From contig JBKHYD010000046.1 in NCBI GenBank assembly GCA_046565645.1, forward strand, positions 28,380 through 92,379: a stretch of 64,000 bases of DNA. Direction: 5' to 3'. Below, one piece after another: positions 36,952-45,183 of the stretch. The notes under the pieces were generated by a model. It did no database searches. It saw only the letters and a list, made by a program, of their open reading frames with translations, and was not told the origin of the DNA. The DNA comes from Acidimicrobiia bacterium. GTDB lineage: Bacteria; Actinomycetota; Acidimicrobiia; Acidimicrobiales; VFJN01. Each line of letters opens with the position of its first letter. Positions within the stretch are counted from its first letter, which is position 1. The translations under genes were made by a program, and so were the position numbers.

Positions 36952-37094
36952 GGTGGTGCCTCCTTGGGGAGTGTGCCTTCGACCCTTCCCTCGTGACCCC
37001 CGGCACAAACCCTCGGAGAGGCGAATCGACCGGCCTGGAGCGGCAGGGGCAGACTGGACGCTCATCTGTTCGGTCCGCATGAGGAGGGGCTCCA

Positions 37095-38300
37095 TTGCCC
37101 GAAGCCGTCATCGTCGCCACCGCCCGCACGCCGATCGGGCGGGCCAACAAGGGGAGCCTGGTCGAGTGCCGGCCCGACGACCTGTCCGCGCTCATCATCA
37201 AGGCGCTGCTCGAGAAGGCGCCGGCCCTCGACCCGCAGACCGTGGAAGACGTCCTGTGGGGCTGCGGCCAGCCCGGCGGCGAGGCCGGCTACAACCTCGC
37301 CCGGGTGGCGGCCATCCTGGCCGGCCTGCCCGACGTCCCCGGCGTGACCGTGAACCGGTACTGCTCCTCGTCGCTGCAGACGATCCGCATGGCGGCCCAC
37401 GCCATCAAGGCCGGTGAAGGCGACGTGTTCGTGGCCGGCGGGGTCGAGACCGTCAGCCGCTACCTCCACGGCGCCTCCGACACCGGCCCCCACAACCCGC
37501 TCTTCGCGGACGCGGAAGCCCGCACCGCCGAGCGGACCCAGGGCGGCGCCGAGACCTGGGCACCGCCCACCGGCCTCCCCGACATCTACATCGCCATGGG
37601 CCAGACGGCCGAGAACGTGGTCCAGGCCGAGGGCGTGTCCCGCGAGGAGATGGACGAGTGGGGGGCCCGCTCCCAGCAACGGGCCGTCGCCGCCCAGGAG
37701 CGCGGGTTCTTCGAGCGGGAGATCACCCCCGTCACCCTCAGCGACGGAACGCTGGTGTCCAAGGACGACGGCCCCCGCCCCGGCACGACCGTCGAGAAGC
37801 TCGCCGAGCTCAAGCCCGCGTTCCGGCCTGACGGCTCCGTCACCGCCGGCAACGCCTGCCCGCTCAACGACGGCGCCGCCGCCGTGCTCGTCATGAGCGA
37901 CACCCGGGCCGAGCAGCTCGGGCTCGAGCCCCTCGCCCGCATCGTGTCGTCCGGCGTGACGGGCCTCAACCCCGAGATCATGGGCATGGGCCCCGTCGAG
38001 GCGTGCCGCATGGCGCTCAGCCGGGCCGGTCTCACCATCGACGACATCGACCAGGTGGAGCTCAACGAGGCGTTCGCGGCCCAGGTGCTGCCGTCGGCCA
38101 AGCACCTCGGCATCGACCTCGAGAAGCTGAACCCCAACGGCGGCGCCATCGCGCTCGGGCACCCCTTCGGCATGACCGGTGCCCGGATCATGGCCACCCT
38201 GCTCAACGGCCTGGAGGACTCGGGCGGACGCTACGGCCTCGAGTCGATGTGCGTGGGCGGTGGTCAGGGCATGGCCATGGTGGTGGAGAGGCTGTCGTAG
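37095..38300 (+). CDS. Acetyl-CoA C-acyltransferase (thiolase)
   Basis: The TTG start is preceded by GAGGAGGGG. VIVATARTPIGRANKGSL at the N-terminus. The active-site Cys is in NRYCSSSLQ, and the C-terminal motifs are GNACPLNDGAAA, NPNGGAIALGHPFG and CVGGGQG. Confidence 0.9.
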   Translation: MPEAVIVATARTPIGRANKGSLVECRPDDLSALIIKALLEKAPALDPQTVEDVLWGCGQPGGEAGYNLARVAAILAGLPDVPGVTVNRYCSSSLQTIRMAAHAIKAGEGDVFVAGGVETVSRYLHGASDTGPHNPLFADAEARTAERTQGGAETWAPPTGLPDIYIAMGQTAENVVQAEGVSREEMDEWGARSQQRAVAAQERGFFEREITPVTLSDGTLVSKDDGPRPGTTVEKLAELKPAFRPDGSVTAGNACPLNDGAAAVLVMSDTRAEQLGLEPLARIVSSGVTGLNPEIMGMGPVEACRMALSRAGLTIDDIDQVELNEAFAAQVLPSAKHLGIDLEKLNPNGGAIALGHPFGMTGARIMATLLNGLEDSGGRYGLESMCVGGGQGMAMVVERLS

Positions 38301-38397
38301 CCGAAGCGGAGCTTCGGCCACGAGCTTCGCTCGTGCTCGCCTTCGGCTCGAGCTGAGGGCTCGTCGCGCAGGACCGGCGGAGCCGGATCCTTCGCAG

Positions 38398-38429
38398 ACG
38401 AGGGGGGTGCCAGGAGGCACCCCCCTCGT
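38398..38429. terminator. Bidirectional terminator hairpin
   Basis: ACGAGGGGGGTGCC agga GGCACCCCCCTCGT forms a perfect 14 bp stem between the convergent thiolase and PBP genes. A second hairpin, GCCGAAGC gga GCTTCGGC, lies at 38300-38318. Confidence 0.65.
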
Positions 38430-38474
38430 GCTCCCCCCGGGGGCTTCTGCATCGCCGGGATCTCCCGGTGCTGG

Positions 38475-40832
38475 CTAGCCGGGGGCGGTCGCGGTGGCGG
38501 CTTCCTGGCTCGCCTCGGGCTCGGTGGTGGTCGTGGTCGTGGTCGACGATGTGGTGGCGCCGCCGCCGTTCCCGTTGCCGTTGCCCGGGTTGGTGGTGGT
38601 CGTCTCGTCGGGTTCGGTGGTGGTCGTCGACTCTGTCGTCGTGGCCGGCTCTCGGACCGTGAACATGGCCGAGGCCGCCTCCCCTGCGCCGGCGCCGCTG
38701 TCGCATCGCGCCACCGCCCGGTACTCCCCGGGAGCGATGTCCTCCGGCAGCTGGAGCGTGGCCGAGCGCTCCTCGGCGTCGGAGCCGGCCTCGGGCGGGC
38801 TGGCCAGGTCCGTGCCCTCCACGGCGACGGACCACGACGCCTGGCAGAACCCGAAGCCCGTCCCGGACACGGTGATCGTGGCCCCCGGATCGACCTCGGG
38901 GGGCGAGACCGCCAGCGTGGCCGGCTCGCTCTCGGCCAGGAGCTCTTCCGGCGGGGCCGGGAAGTCCTCCAGCTCACGGTCCTCGACGGCCACGGCCATG
39001 AAGCGACCCCAGATCTCCGCCGGGAAGGAGCCGCCGGTCACGCTGCGTCCTTGGACGTCCTCCATCGGGGCCGGCTCCGGGTACCCCATCCACACCACCG
39101 CCGCGTAGCCGGGCACGTAGCCGGCGAACCAGGCGTCCACGTTCTCCTGCGTGGTGCCCGTCTTGCCGGCGGCTGGGCGCCCGATGTCGGCGGCGGTGCC
39201 GGTGCCGCCGTCGATGACGCCGCGGAGCGCGTGGGTGACGGCCCGGGAGATCTCGGGATCGATCGCCCCTGCCTCCGGCTCCTCCCGCTCGGGCTCCCAG
39301 AGCACGTTGCCGTCGCCGTCCTCGATGCGGGCGATGGCGTAGGGCTCCGCCTTCGTGCCGTCGTCCGCGTAGGTCAGGTAGGCGCTGGCCAAGTCGAGCG
39401 GTGACACCTCCTCGACGCCGAGCGCGATCGACGGGAAGGCCTCGAGCTCGGCGTCGATGCCGGAGCGCCCGGCGGCGTCGGCCACCGCCGCAGCGCCGAC
39501 CTCGGCGAGGAGCTGGGCGTACACGGTGTTGGCGGAGGTGGCGGTCGCCTCGGCCACCGTGAGGTCGCCGAACCCGGAGCCGCCGTAGTTGGCCACGGTC
39601 CAGGGCTGGCCGTCGACCTGGAGGTCGATCGTCGGTGGCGCGGCGTAGCGGTCGCCGAGGGTGATGCCCTGCTCGAGCGCGGCCTGCAGCACGAACGGCT
39701 TGAAGGTGGACCCGGGCTGGCGGCCGGAGCCCCCGCCCTCCCCGCCCCGCACGAGGTCGACCTGCAGCGCCTCGAAGTCCCGGCCGCCCACGTGGGCCCG
39801 GATGGCACCGTCGGTGTCGAGCGCCACGAGCGCCGCCTGCGGGGCGGCCGGATCGGTGAGCACCTCAGCCACGGCCTGCTCGGCGGCGGCCTGGGCCTTG
39901 AGGTCGAGCGTCGTGTGGACCACGAGCCCGTTCGAGTAGAGGGCGTCCTCGCCGAGCGCGTCGATCGTCTGCTGCCGCACCCACTCCACGAAGTGGGGGG
40001 CGACGCCAGCGGTGAGCTCGGTCGCCTGGGGGGTCGTGTCGGTCGCCTCGACGGGCGACGCGGCGACCGCCTCCGCCTCCTCCTCAGTGATGTCGCCGGT
40101 CTCGACGAGGTCCTGGAGGACCTGGTTCCGTCGCGCCTCGGCCTCCTCCGGGTCGTGGGCCGGGTCACCGGTCTCCGGGGAGCGCAGCAGCCCGATGAGG
40201 AGCGCCGCCTGGGGCAGGTCGAGCTCGGCGGCGCTGGAGTCGAAGTAGGCGCGGGCGGCCGCCTCGACGCCGTAGGCGCCGCGGCCGAAGTACACCGTGT
40301 TGAGGTACCGCTCGAGGATCTCGTCCTTGTCGGCGGTGCGCTCCAGCTTGGCGGCGAGGACGGCTTCGCGGGCCTTGCGCCAGAGGGTGCGCTCACTGCC
40401 CAGGTACTGGTTCTTCACCAGCTGCTGGGTGATCGTCGAGCCGCCCTGGGTGCCAGAGCTGCGCACGTTGCTCCACAGGGCCCGCGTGATGCCGATCGGG
40501 TCCAGGCCGCTGTGGCTGTAGAACCGCCGGTCCTCGGCGGCGATCAGGGCGTCGACGACGATGGGGGCCATGTCGTCGAGGGGCACCTCGAAGCGCTGCC
40601 CGCCCTTGGAGAGGATGGCCAGCTCCTGGCCGTCAGCGGCCAGGACGACGGCCGACTGGAGCTCGGGCGGCTCCTCGGGCAGGTCGACCGTGAGCCACAG
40701 CAGCGCGAAGGCGGCCACGCCGAGGGTGCCCACGCCCACCACGGCGTAGGCCGCCCAGCGGATCCCGCGGGGGAGGGAACCCCATCGGCGGCGAGCGCGG
40801 GTGAACGTGTCGGAGAACCTGCCCATGGCCAT
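38475..40832 (-). CDS. Class A penicillin-binding protein (transglycosylase + transpeptidase) with C-terminal Ig-like domain and Thr-rich tail
   Basis: ATG at 40832, then a TM anchor. The GT51 motifs are EDRRFYSHSGLD, GGSTITQQLVKN and RKAREA. The transpeptidase motifs are STFKP (SxxK) and a KTGTT box. The tail TTTESTTTTEPDETTTTNPGNGNGNGGGATTSSTTTTTTTEP follows. Confidence 0.9.
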   Translation of the reverse strand: MAMGRFSDTFTRARRRWGSLPRGIRWAAYAVVGVGTLGVAAFALLWLTVDLPEEPPELQSAVVLAADGQELAILSKGGQRFEVPLDDMAPIVVDALIAAEDRRFYSHSGLDPIGITRALWSNVRSSGTQGGSTITQQLVKNQYLGSERTLWRKAREAVLAAKLERTADKDEILERYLNTVYFGRGAYGVEAAARAYFDSSAAELDLPQAALLIGLLRSPETGDPAHDPEEAEARRNQVLQDLVETGDITEEEAEAVAASPVEATDTTPQATELTAGVAPHFVEWVRQQTIDALGEDALYSNGLVVHTTLDLKAQAAAEQAVAEVLTDPAAPQAALVALDTDGAIRAHVGGRDFEALQVDLVRGGEGGGSGRQPGSTFKPFVLQAALEQGITLGDRYAAPPTIDLQVDGQPWTVANYGGSGFGDLTVAEATATSANTVYAQLLAEVGAAAVADAAGRSGIDAELEAFPSIALGVEEVSPLDLASAYLTYADDGTKAEPYAIARIEDGDGNVLWEPEREEPEAGAIDPEISRAVTHALRGVIDGGTGTAADIGRPAAGKTGTTQENVDAWFAGYVPGYAAVVWMGYPEPAPMEDVQGRSVTGGSFPAEIWGRFMAVAVEDRELEDFPAPPEELLAESEPATLAVSPPEVDPGATITVSGTGFGFCQASWSVAVEGTDLASPPEAGSDAEERSATLQLPEDIAPGEYRAVARCDSGAGAGEAASAMFTVREPATTTESTTTTEPDETTTTNPGNGNGNGGGATTSSTTTTTTTEPEASQEAATATAPG

Positions 40833-40836
40833 GGTG

Positions 40837-40872
40837 TACCCCCCGGGGGCACCGTCAAACCCCCGGGGGGTA
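40837..40872. promoter_or_regulatory. 36 bp G/C-run inverted repeat in the PBP / DUF6328 divergent promoter region
   Basis: TACCCCCCGGGGG caccgtcaaa CCCCCGGGGGGTA has 13 bp arms. It sits 5 nt upstream of the PBP start codon and contains its only G-rich SD candidate. Confidence 0.4.
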
Positions 40873-40908
40873 GGGATGGGGGGCGGCCGACCGGGGCAGG
40901 AGAGGGGC

Positions 40909-41403
40909 ATGGCCGCTCCCCACGACGACACCGCCCCGGACCGCCGCCAGCAGGACGACCTCGACGACGAGTTCCGCAGCCTCCTCGAGGGGCTGCGGAC
41001 CACGTTGCCCGGCGTCCAGCTCATCGCCGGCTTCCTGCTCATCGTGCCGTTCCAGGTCGCCTTCTCCGATCTGGCTGGCGCCGAGCGGGGGGCCTTCCAC
41101 GTGGCGTTCGTGAGCGCCCTCACCGGTTCGCTCCTCCTCATGGCCCCCAGCAGCCACCAGCGGCTGCGGGCGAAGGGCGGGGGGCGGGTGGCCCGCCAGA
41201 CCCCGGAGCACGTGGCCACCGCCGTGCGGCTCTCCACGGCCGGCTCGGTGCTCTTCGCGCTGGCGCTCGTGGCCGTCGCCTACCTGGTGGCGTCGGTGGT
41301 GCTCAACACCGCGGTGGCGATCGTGCTGACCCTCGTGGTGGCGGTGGTCGCCGGCTGGAGCTGGTTCTACCTGCCGCTCGTCGCCTGGGCCGACGACGCC
41401 TGA
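40909..41403 (+). CDS. DUF6328-like membrane protein
   Basis: The ATG is preceded by GGAGAGG. DEFRSLLEGLRTTLPGVQLIAGFLLIVPF is followed by further TM helices. I recall this pattern from the DUF6328 family. Confidence 0.55.
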   Translation: MAAPHDDTAPDRRQQDDLDDEFRSLLEGLRTTLPGVQLIAGFLLIVPFQVAFSDLAGAERGAFHVAFVSALTGSLLLMAPSSHQRLRAKGGGRVARQTPEHVATAVRLSTAGSVLFALALVAVAYLVASVVLNTAVAIVLTLVVAVVAGWSWFYLPLVAWADDA

Positions 41404-41482
41404 CCTCCACGACCCCGCGGACCGGGGCCCGTCGTGCCCGGTCCTCGGCGCCCCTCGGCTCGGGTGCCGCCGGGTGGTGGGT

Positions 41483-42394
41483 TCAGGTGCCGTAGACCGG
41501 CGCGGGGGCGGGGGCCTGGGCCAGCAGGCGGTCGACGACGGGCCCGAGCTCGTCTGCGTCCCAGCGGGCGCCCTTGTCCTCGGTGGGGCCGTGCTGCCAG
41601 CCGGTGGCGAGGCCGACCTTGCCCCCCTCGACCTCGAACACGCGGCCGGTGACGTGGCTCGACCGCGTCGACGCCAGCCAGGCGACCAAGGGCGACACGT
41701 TCTCGGGGGCCATGGCGTCGAAGGCTCCCGGGTCGTCGGGGGCCGCCATCATCTCGGTGAAGACCCCCTCGGTCATCCGGGTCCGCGCCGCCGGGCACAG
41801 CGCGTTGGCCGTGACCCCGTAGCGCCCGAGCTCGGCCGCCTGCACCAGGGTCAGGGTGGCGATGCCCCCCTTGGCGGCCGAGTAGGCGGCCTGCCCGACC
41901 GAGCCGAGGATCCCGGCCCCGCTGCTCGTGTTGATGATCCGGGCATCGACCGGCTCCCCCGCCTTCGCCCGGTCCCGCCAGTGGGCGGCGGCGTGCCGGG
42001 CCACGGCGAAGTGCCCCTTCAGGTGCACCCGCACCACCGCGTCCCACTCGTCCTCAGCCACGTTGGCGAACATGCGGTCCCGCACGAACCCCGCGTTGTT
42101 CACGACGACGTCGAGCCCGCCGAAGGCGTCGATCGCGGCCTCGACCATGCGGGCCGCCCCGGCGAAGTCGGCCACGTCGTCGCCGTTCGCCACCGCCTCG
42201 CCTCCGGCGGCGCGGATCTCCTCCACCACCTCGCCGGCCGGGCCCGAGCCGCCTCCGGTGCCGTCGAGCTCGCAGCCGAGGTCGTTGACGACCACCCGCG
42301 CCCCCTGCCGGGCCAGCTCGAGCGCATGGGCCCGACCGAGGCCGCGCCCGGCGCCGGTCACGATGACGATCCGCCCCTCGCAGATGCCTCCCAT
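41483..42394 (-). CDS. SDR family oxidoreductase (MFE-2 / Hsd4A N-terminal-like 3-hydroxyacyl-CoA dehydrogenase type)
   Basis: The cofactor-binding motif is VIVTGAGRGLG. NNAG, the catalytic YSAAK, and a C-terminal extension as in mycobacterial Rv0148-like proteins are present. Confidence 0.8.
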   Translation of the reverse strand: MGGICEGRIVIVTGAGRGLGRAHALELARQGARVVVNDLGCELDGTGGGSGPAGEVVEEIRAAGGEAVANGDDVADFAGAARMVEAAIDAFGGLDVVVNNAGFVRDRMFANVAEDEWDAVVRVHLKGHFAVARHAAAHWRDRAKAGEPVDARIINTSSGAGILGSVGQAAYSAAKGGIATLTLVQAAELGRYGVTANALCPAARTRMTEGVFTEMMAAPDDPGAFDAMAPENVSPLVAWLASTRSSHVTGRVFEVEGGKVGLATGWQHGPTEDKGARWDADELGPVVDRLLAQAPAPAPVYGT

Positions 42395-42414
42395 GGCTCG
42401 CAGTCTGACAGGAT

Positions 42415-42429
42415 CTGACGCAGTGTCAG
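42415..42429. promoter_or_regulatory. Candidate operator palindrome CTGAC-N5-GTCAG (site d)
   Basis: gatCTGACGCAGTGTCAGaaa lies in the 67 bp divergent region between the SDR gene (-) and the LLM oxidoreductase gene (+). An extra CTGAC half-site lies at 42405-42409. Confidence 0.5.
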
Positions 42430-42461
42430 AAACCAGCGGGACCGGTTGAGGGGGCAGCGAC

Positions 42462-43322
42462 GTGCGCTACGGCATCACGATGTTCGCCACGGACGTCAGC
42501 ATGGACGTCCGCGAGCTGGCGCAGGCGGCGGAGGAGCGGGGCCTCGAGTCGCTGTGGCTGCCCGAGCACACCCACATCCCGGTGAGCCGCCGCACCCCAC
42601 CGCCCACCGGTGACGCCGAGCTGGCCGACGAGTACCGCCGCTGCCTCGACCCGCTGGTGGCGCTGGCGGCCGCCGCCTCGGTGACCGCCCGGCTCCGGCT
42701 CGGGACCGGCATCCTGCTCCCCGCGCAGCGTGAGCCGATCGTGACCGCCAAGGCGGTGGCCACCCTCGACCACCTGAGCGGCGGCCGGGCCACCCTCGGC
42801 GTCGGGTTCGGCTGGAACGAGGACGAGCTCGAGCACCACGGCGTGGCCATGGGGGAGCGGCGGGCGGTGGCCCGCGAGCGGGTGCTCGCCATGCAGGCCC
42901 TCTGGGCCGAGGACGAGGCCTCCTTCGAGGGCGAGCACGTCCGGTTCTCGCCGTCGTGGTCCTGGCCCAAGCCGGTGCAGCGGGGCGCCGACGGCCGCCC
43001 GCGGGTGCCCACCCTCATCGGGGGCGCACCGGGGCCCAAGCTGTTCGCCCACCTCGCCGAGTACGCCGACGGCTGGATCCCCATCGGCGGCCGGGGCCTG
43101 AGCGAGGCCATCCCGCGCTACCGGGACGCGGTGGCGGCCGCCGGGCGGGACCCGGAAGGGATGGAGGTCATCCCGTTCGGCTCCCTCCCGGAGCCGGGCA
43201 AGCTGGACCACTTCGAGCGCATCGGGGTGACCGAGTGCGTGTTCCGGCTCCCCAGCGCCCCCCGCGACGTGGTCCTCCCCATCCTCGACGAGCAGGCAGC
43301 GCTGGTCGCCACCCGCCGCTGA
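42462..43322 (+). CDS. LLM-class (luciferase-like) flavin/F420-dependent oxidoreductase
   Basis: The GTG start is preceded by GAGGGGG. MRYGITMFATD...LWLPEHTHIP...GFGWNEDE is typical of actinobacterial F420-type LLM proteins. Confidence 0.75.
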   Translation: MRYGITMFATDVSMDVRELAQAAEERGLESLWLPEHTHIPVSRRTPPPTGDAELADEYRRCLDPLVALAAAASVTARLRLGTGILLPAQREPIVTAKAVATLDHLSGGRATLGVGFGWNEDELEHHGVAMGERRAVARERVLAMQALWAEDEASFEGEHVRFSPSWSWPKPVQRGADGRPRVPTLIGGAPGPKLFAHLAEYADGWIPIGGRGLSEAIPRYRDAVAAAGRDPEGMEVIPFGSLPEPGKLDHFERIGVTECVFRLPSAPRDVVLPILDEQAALVATRR

Positions 43323-43325
43323 CCC

Positions 43326-44297
43326 CTAGGGGACGAGGACGACCTTGCCGCCGACCCGGCGCTCCTGCAGGTCGGTGAGGGCTCGGACCACGTCGTCCAG
43401 CGGGTAGGGGGTGGGCTCGACCGGGTGGATCTCGCCCGCCCCGGCCAGCGCCATGAGGTCGTCCAGGAGGAGCCGGTTGCCGTCGGGGTCGCGCATCGTC
43501 CAGGCCCCCCAGTCGACCCCGACGACGGTGCGGTTGTTGAGCAGCACCTGGTTCGCCGGCAGCGACGGGATGTCGCCCCCGGCGAAGCCGATCACCAGGT
43601 AGCGGCCCATCCAGCCGAGCGACCGCAGCGCCGCCTCGGCGAAGCGACCGCCCACCGGGTCCACCACCACGTCCACCCCGCCGCCGGAGAGCTCCCTCGC
43701 CCGCCCCTTCAGGTCCTCCTCCTCGTAGGCGATGGTGGCGTCGGCCCCCGCCCGGCGGGCGGCCTCGAGCTTGGCGGTCGACGAGGCGGCCGCGATCACC
43801 TTGGCGCCAAGGTGCTTGGCGAGGTCGACGGCAGCCAGGCCGATGCCGCCGCCCGCCCCGAGCACGAGGACCCACTCGCCGGCCCGCAGCTGCATCCGCC
43901 GGGTGAAGGAGAAGAGCATCGTGCCGTAGCTCTGCACCAGCCCGGCCGCCTGCCCGAACGAGAGCTGGCCCGGGATCGGCACCACGGAGCCGGCCGGGAC
44001 CACCGCGTGGGTGGCGAACCCGCCCAGCCACGACATGGCCAGGACCCGATCCCCGACCGAGAGGCCGGCCACGTCCGCGCCGACGGCGACCACCTCCCCC
44101 GCCACCTCCCCCCCGGGCGTGAACGGCAGCGGCGGCTTGATCTGGTAGGCGCCCTGGACGAAGAGGGCGTCGACGAAGTTCACCCCCGCCGCCCGCACCG
44201 CCACCACGACCTGCCCAGGACCCGGCTCCGGGTCGGGGCGCTCCTCCACCCGCAGCCGGTCGAGCGGGGCGAACTCCGAGCAGACCACGGCACGCAT
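43326..44297 (-). CDS. NADPH:quinone oxidoreductase / zinc-type alcohol dehydrogenase-like (MDR) protein
   Basis: MRAVVCSEF..., GVNFVDALFVQGAYQ, and the Rossmann motif VLGAGGGIGLAAV. Confidence 0.85.
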   Translation of the reverse strand: MRAVVCSEFAPLDRLRVEERPDPEPGPGQVVVAVRAAGVNFVDALFVQGAYQIKPPLPFTPGGEVAGEVVAVGADVAGLSVGDRVLAMSWLGGFATHAVVPAGSVVPIPGQLSFGQAAGLVQSYGTMLFSFTRRMQLRAGEWVLVLGAGGGIGLAAVDLAKHLGAKVIAAASSTAKLEAARRAGADATIAYEEEDLKGRARELSGGGVDVVVDPVGGRFAEAALRSLGWMGRYLVIGFAGGDIPSLPANQVLLNNRTVVGVDWGAWTMRDPDGNRLLLDDLMALAGAGEIHPVEPTPYPLDDVVRALTDLQERRVGGKVVLVP

Positions 44298-44358
44298 GGG
44301 GCGAGCATGGCACGCTCGGGCTCGGGTCGGGAGCGGCGGTCGTGCCAGGCTGCAGACC

Positions 44359-45171
44359 GTGCCGATCGTGCCCGTGGAAGACCTCGACGATCCTCGCCTC
44401 GAGGACTACCACCACCTCAGGGCCCCGTCCCGTCGGATGGCGCTCGAGCGGGCTCGGGGCATCTTCACCGTGGAGGGCAGGCTCTCGATCGAGGCGCTGC
44501 TGGCCTCGCCCATCCGCGTGCGGTCGATCTTCGTGGCCACCGAGCACGTGGACCGGGTGGCCGAGCTGGTGGCCGACCCGGGGCTGCCGATCTACACGAT
44601 GTCGGGCCGGGACATGGAGCAGGTCAGCGGCGTGCACTTCCACCGTGGGGTGCTGGCGGTCGCCGATCGGCCGGAGCTGCCGGCGGTGGCCGAGCTGGTG
44701 GCGGGGGCCCGCACCCTGCTCGTGCTGGAGGCCGTGAACGACCACGAGAACATCGGTGCGCTTTTCCGCAACGCCGCCGCCTTCGGGGTGGACGCTGTCG
44801 TCCTCGACCCTGAGACGACCGACCCGCTCTACCGGCGCTCGACCCGGGTGTCGCTCGGCCACGTGCTGCGGGTGCCGTTCGGCCGGGTCGAGGCCGGCCG
44901 GTGGCCGGACGTGCTCCGGGAGCTCTCGGCGGAGGGCTTCACCACCGTGGCCCTCACACCGGCGCCGGAGGCCGAGCCGCTGGGCCGGTTGGTCGCCGAG
45001 CCGCCCGAGCGGCTCGCGCTCGTGCTCGGGGCGGAGGGACCGGGCCTGACCGCCGGGGCCCGTGCCGCCGTGGACCGCTGCGTCCGGATCCCGATGGCGC
45101 CGGGGGTGGACTCGGTCAACGTGGCCACCGCGGCGGCCATCGCGCTGTCCGCCCGCTACGGGTTCGGTTGA
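44359..45171 (+). CDS. TrmH/SpoU family RNA 2'-O-methyltransferase
   Basis: GTG at 44359. An N-terminal substrate-binding-like region is followed by the SpoU motifs NDHENIGALFRNAAAFG, LVLGAEGPGL and IPMAPGVDSVNVATAAAI. Confidence 0.8.
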   Translation: MPIVPVEDLDDPRLEDYHHLRAPSRRMALERARGIFTVEGRLSIEALLASPIRVRSIFVATEHVDRVAELVADPGLPIYTMSGRDMEQVSGVHFHRGVLAVADRPELPAVAELVAGARTLLVLEAVNDHENIGALFRNAAAFGVDAVVLDPETTDPLYRRSTRVSLGHVLRVPFGRVEAGRWPDVLRELSAEGFTTVALTPAPEAEPLGRLVAEPPERLALVLGAEGPGLTAGARAAVDRCVRIPMAPGVDSVNVATAAAIALSARYGFG

Positions 45172-45183
45172 CCGAAGCGCGCC

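Noticed and set aside
38500-38640. Repetitive GGT/GTC-rich DNA that could superficially look like a tandem-repeat or CRISPR-like array.
   Set aside because: It lies inside the PBP ORF, where it encodes the Thr-rich/(NG)n tail. The repeats are short and irregular, with no spacer-repeat periodicity.
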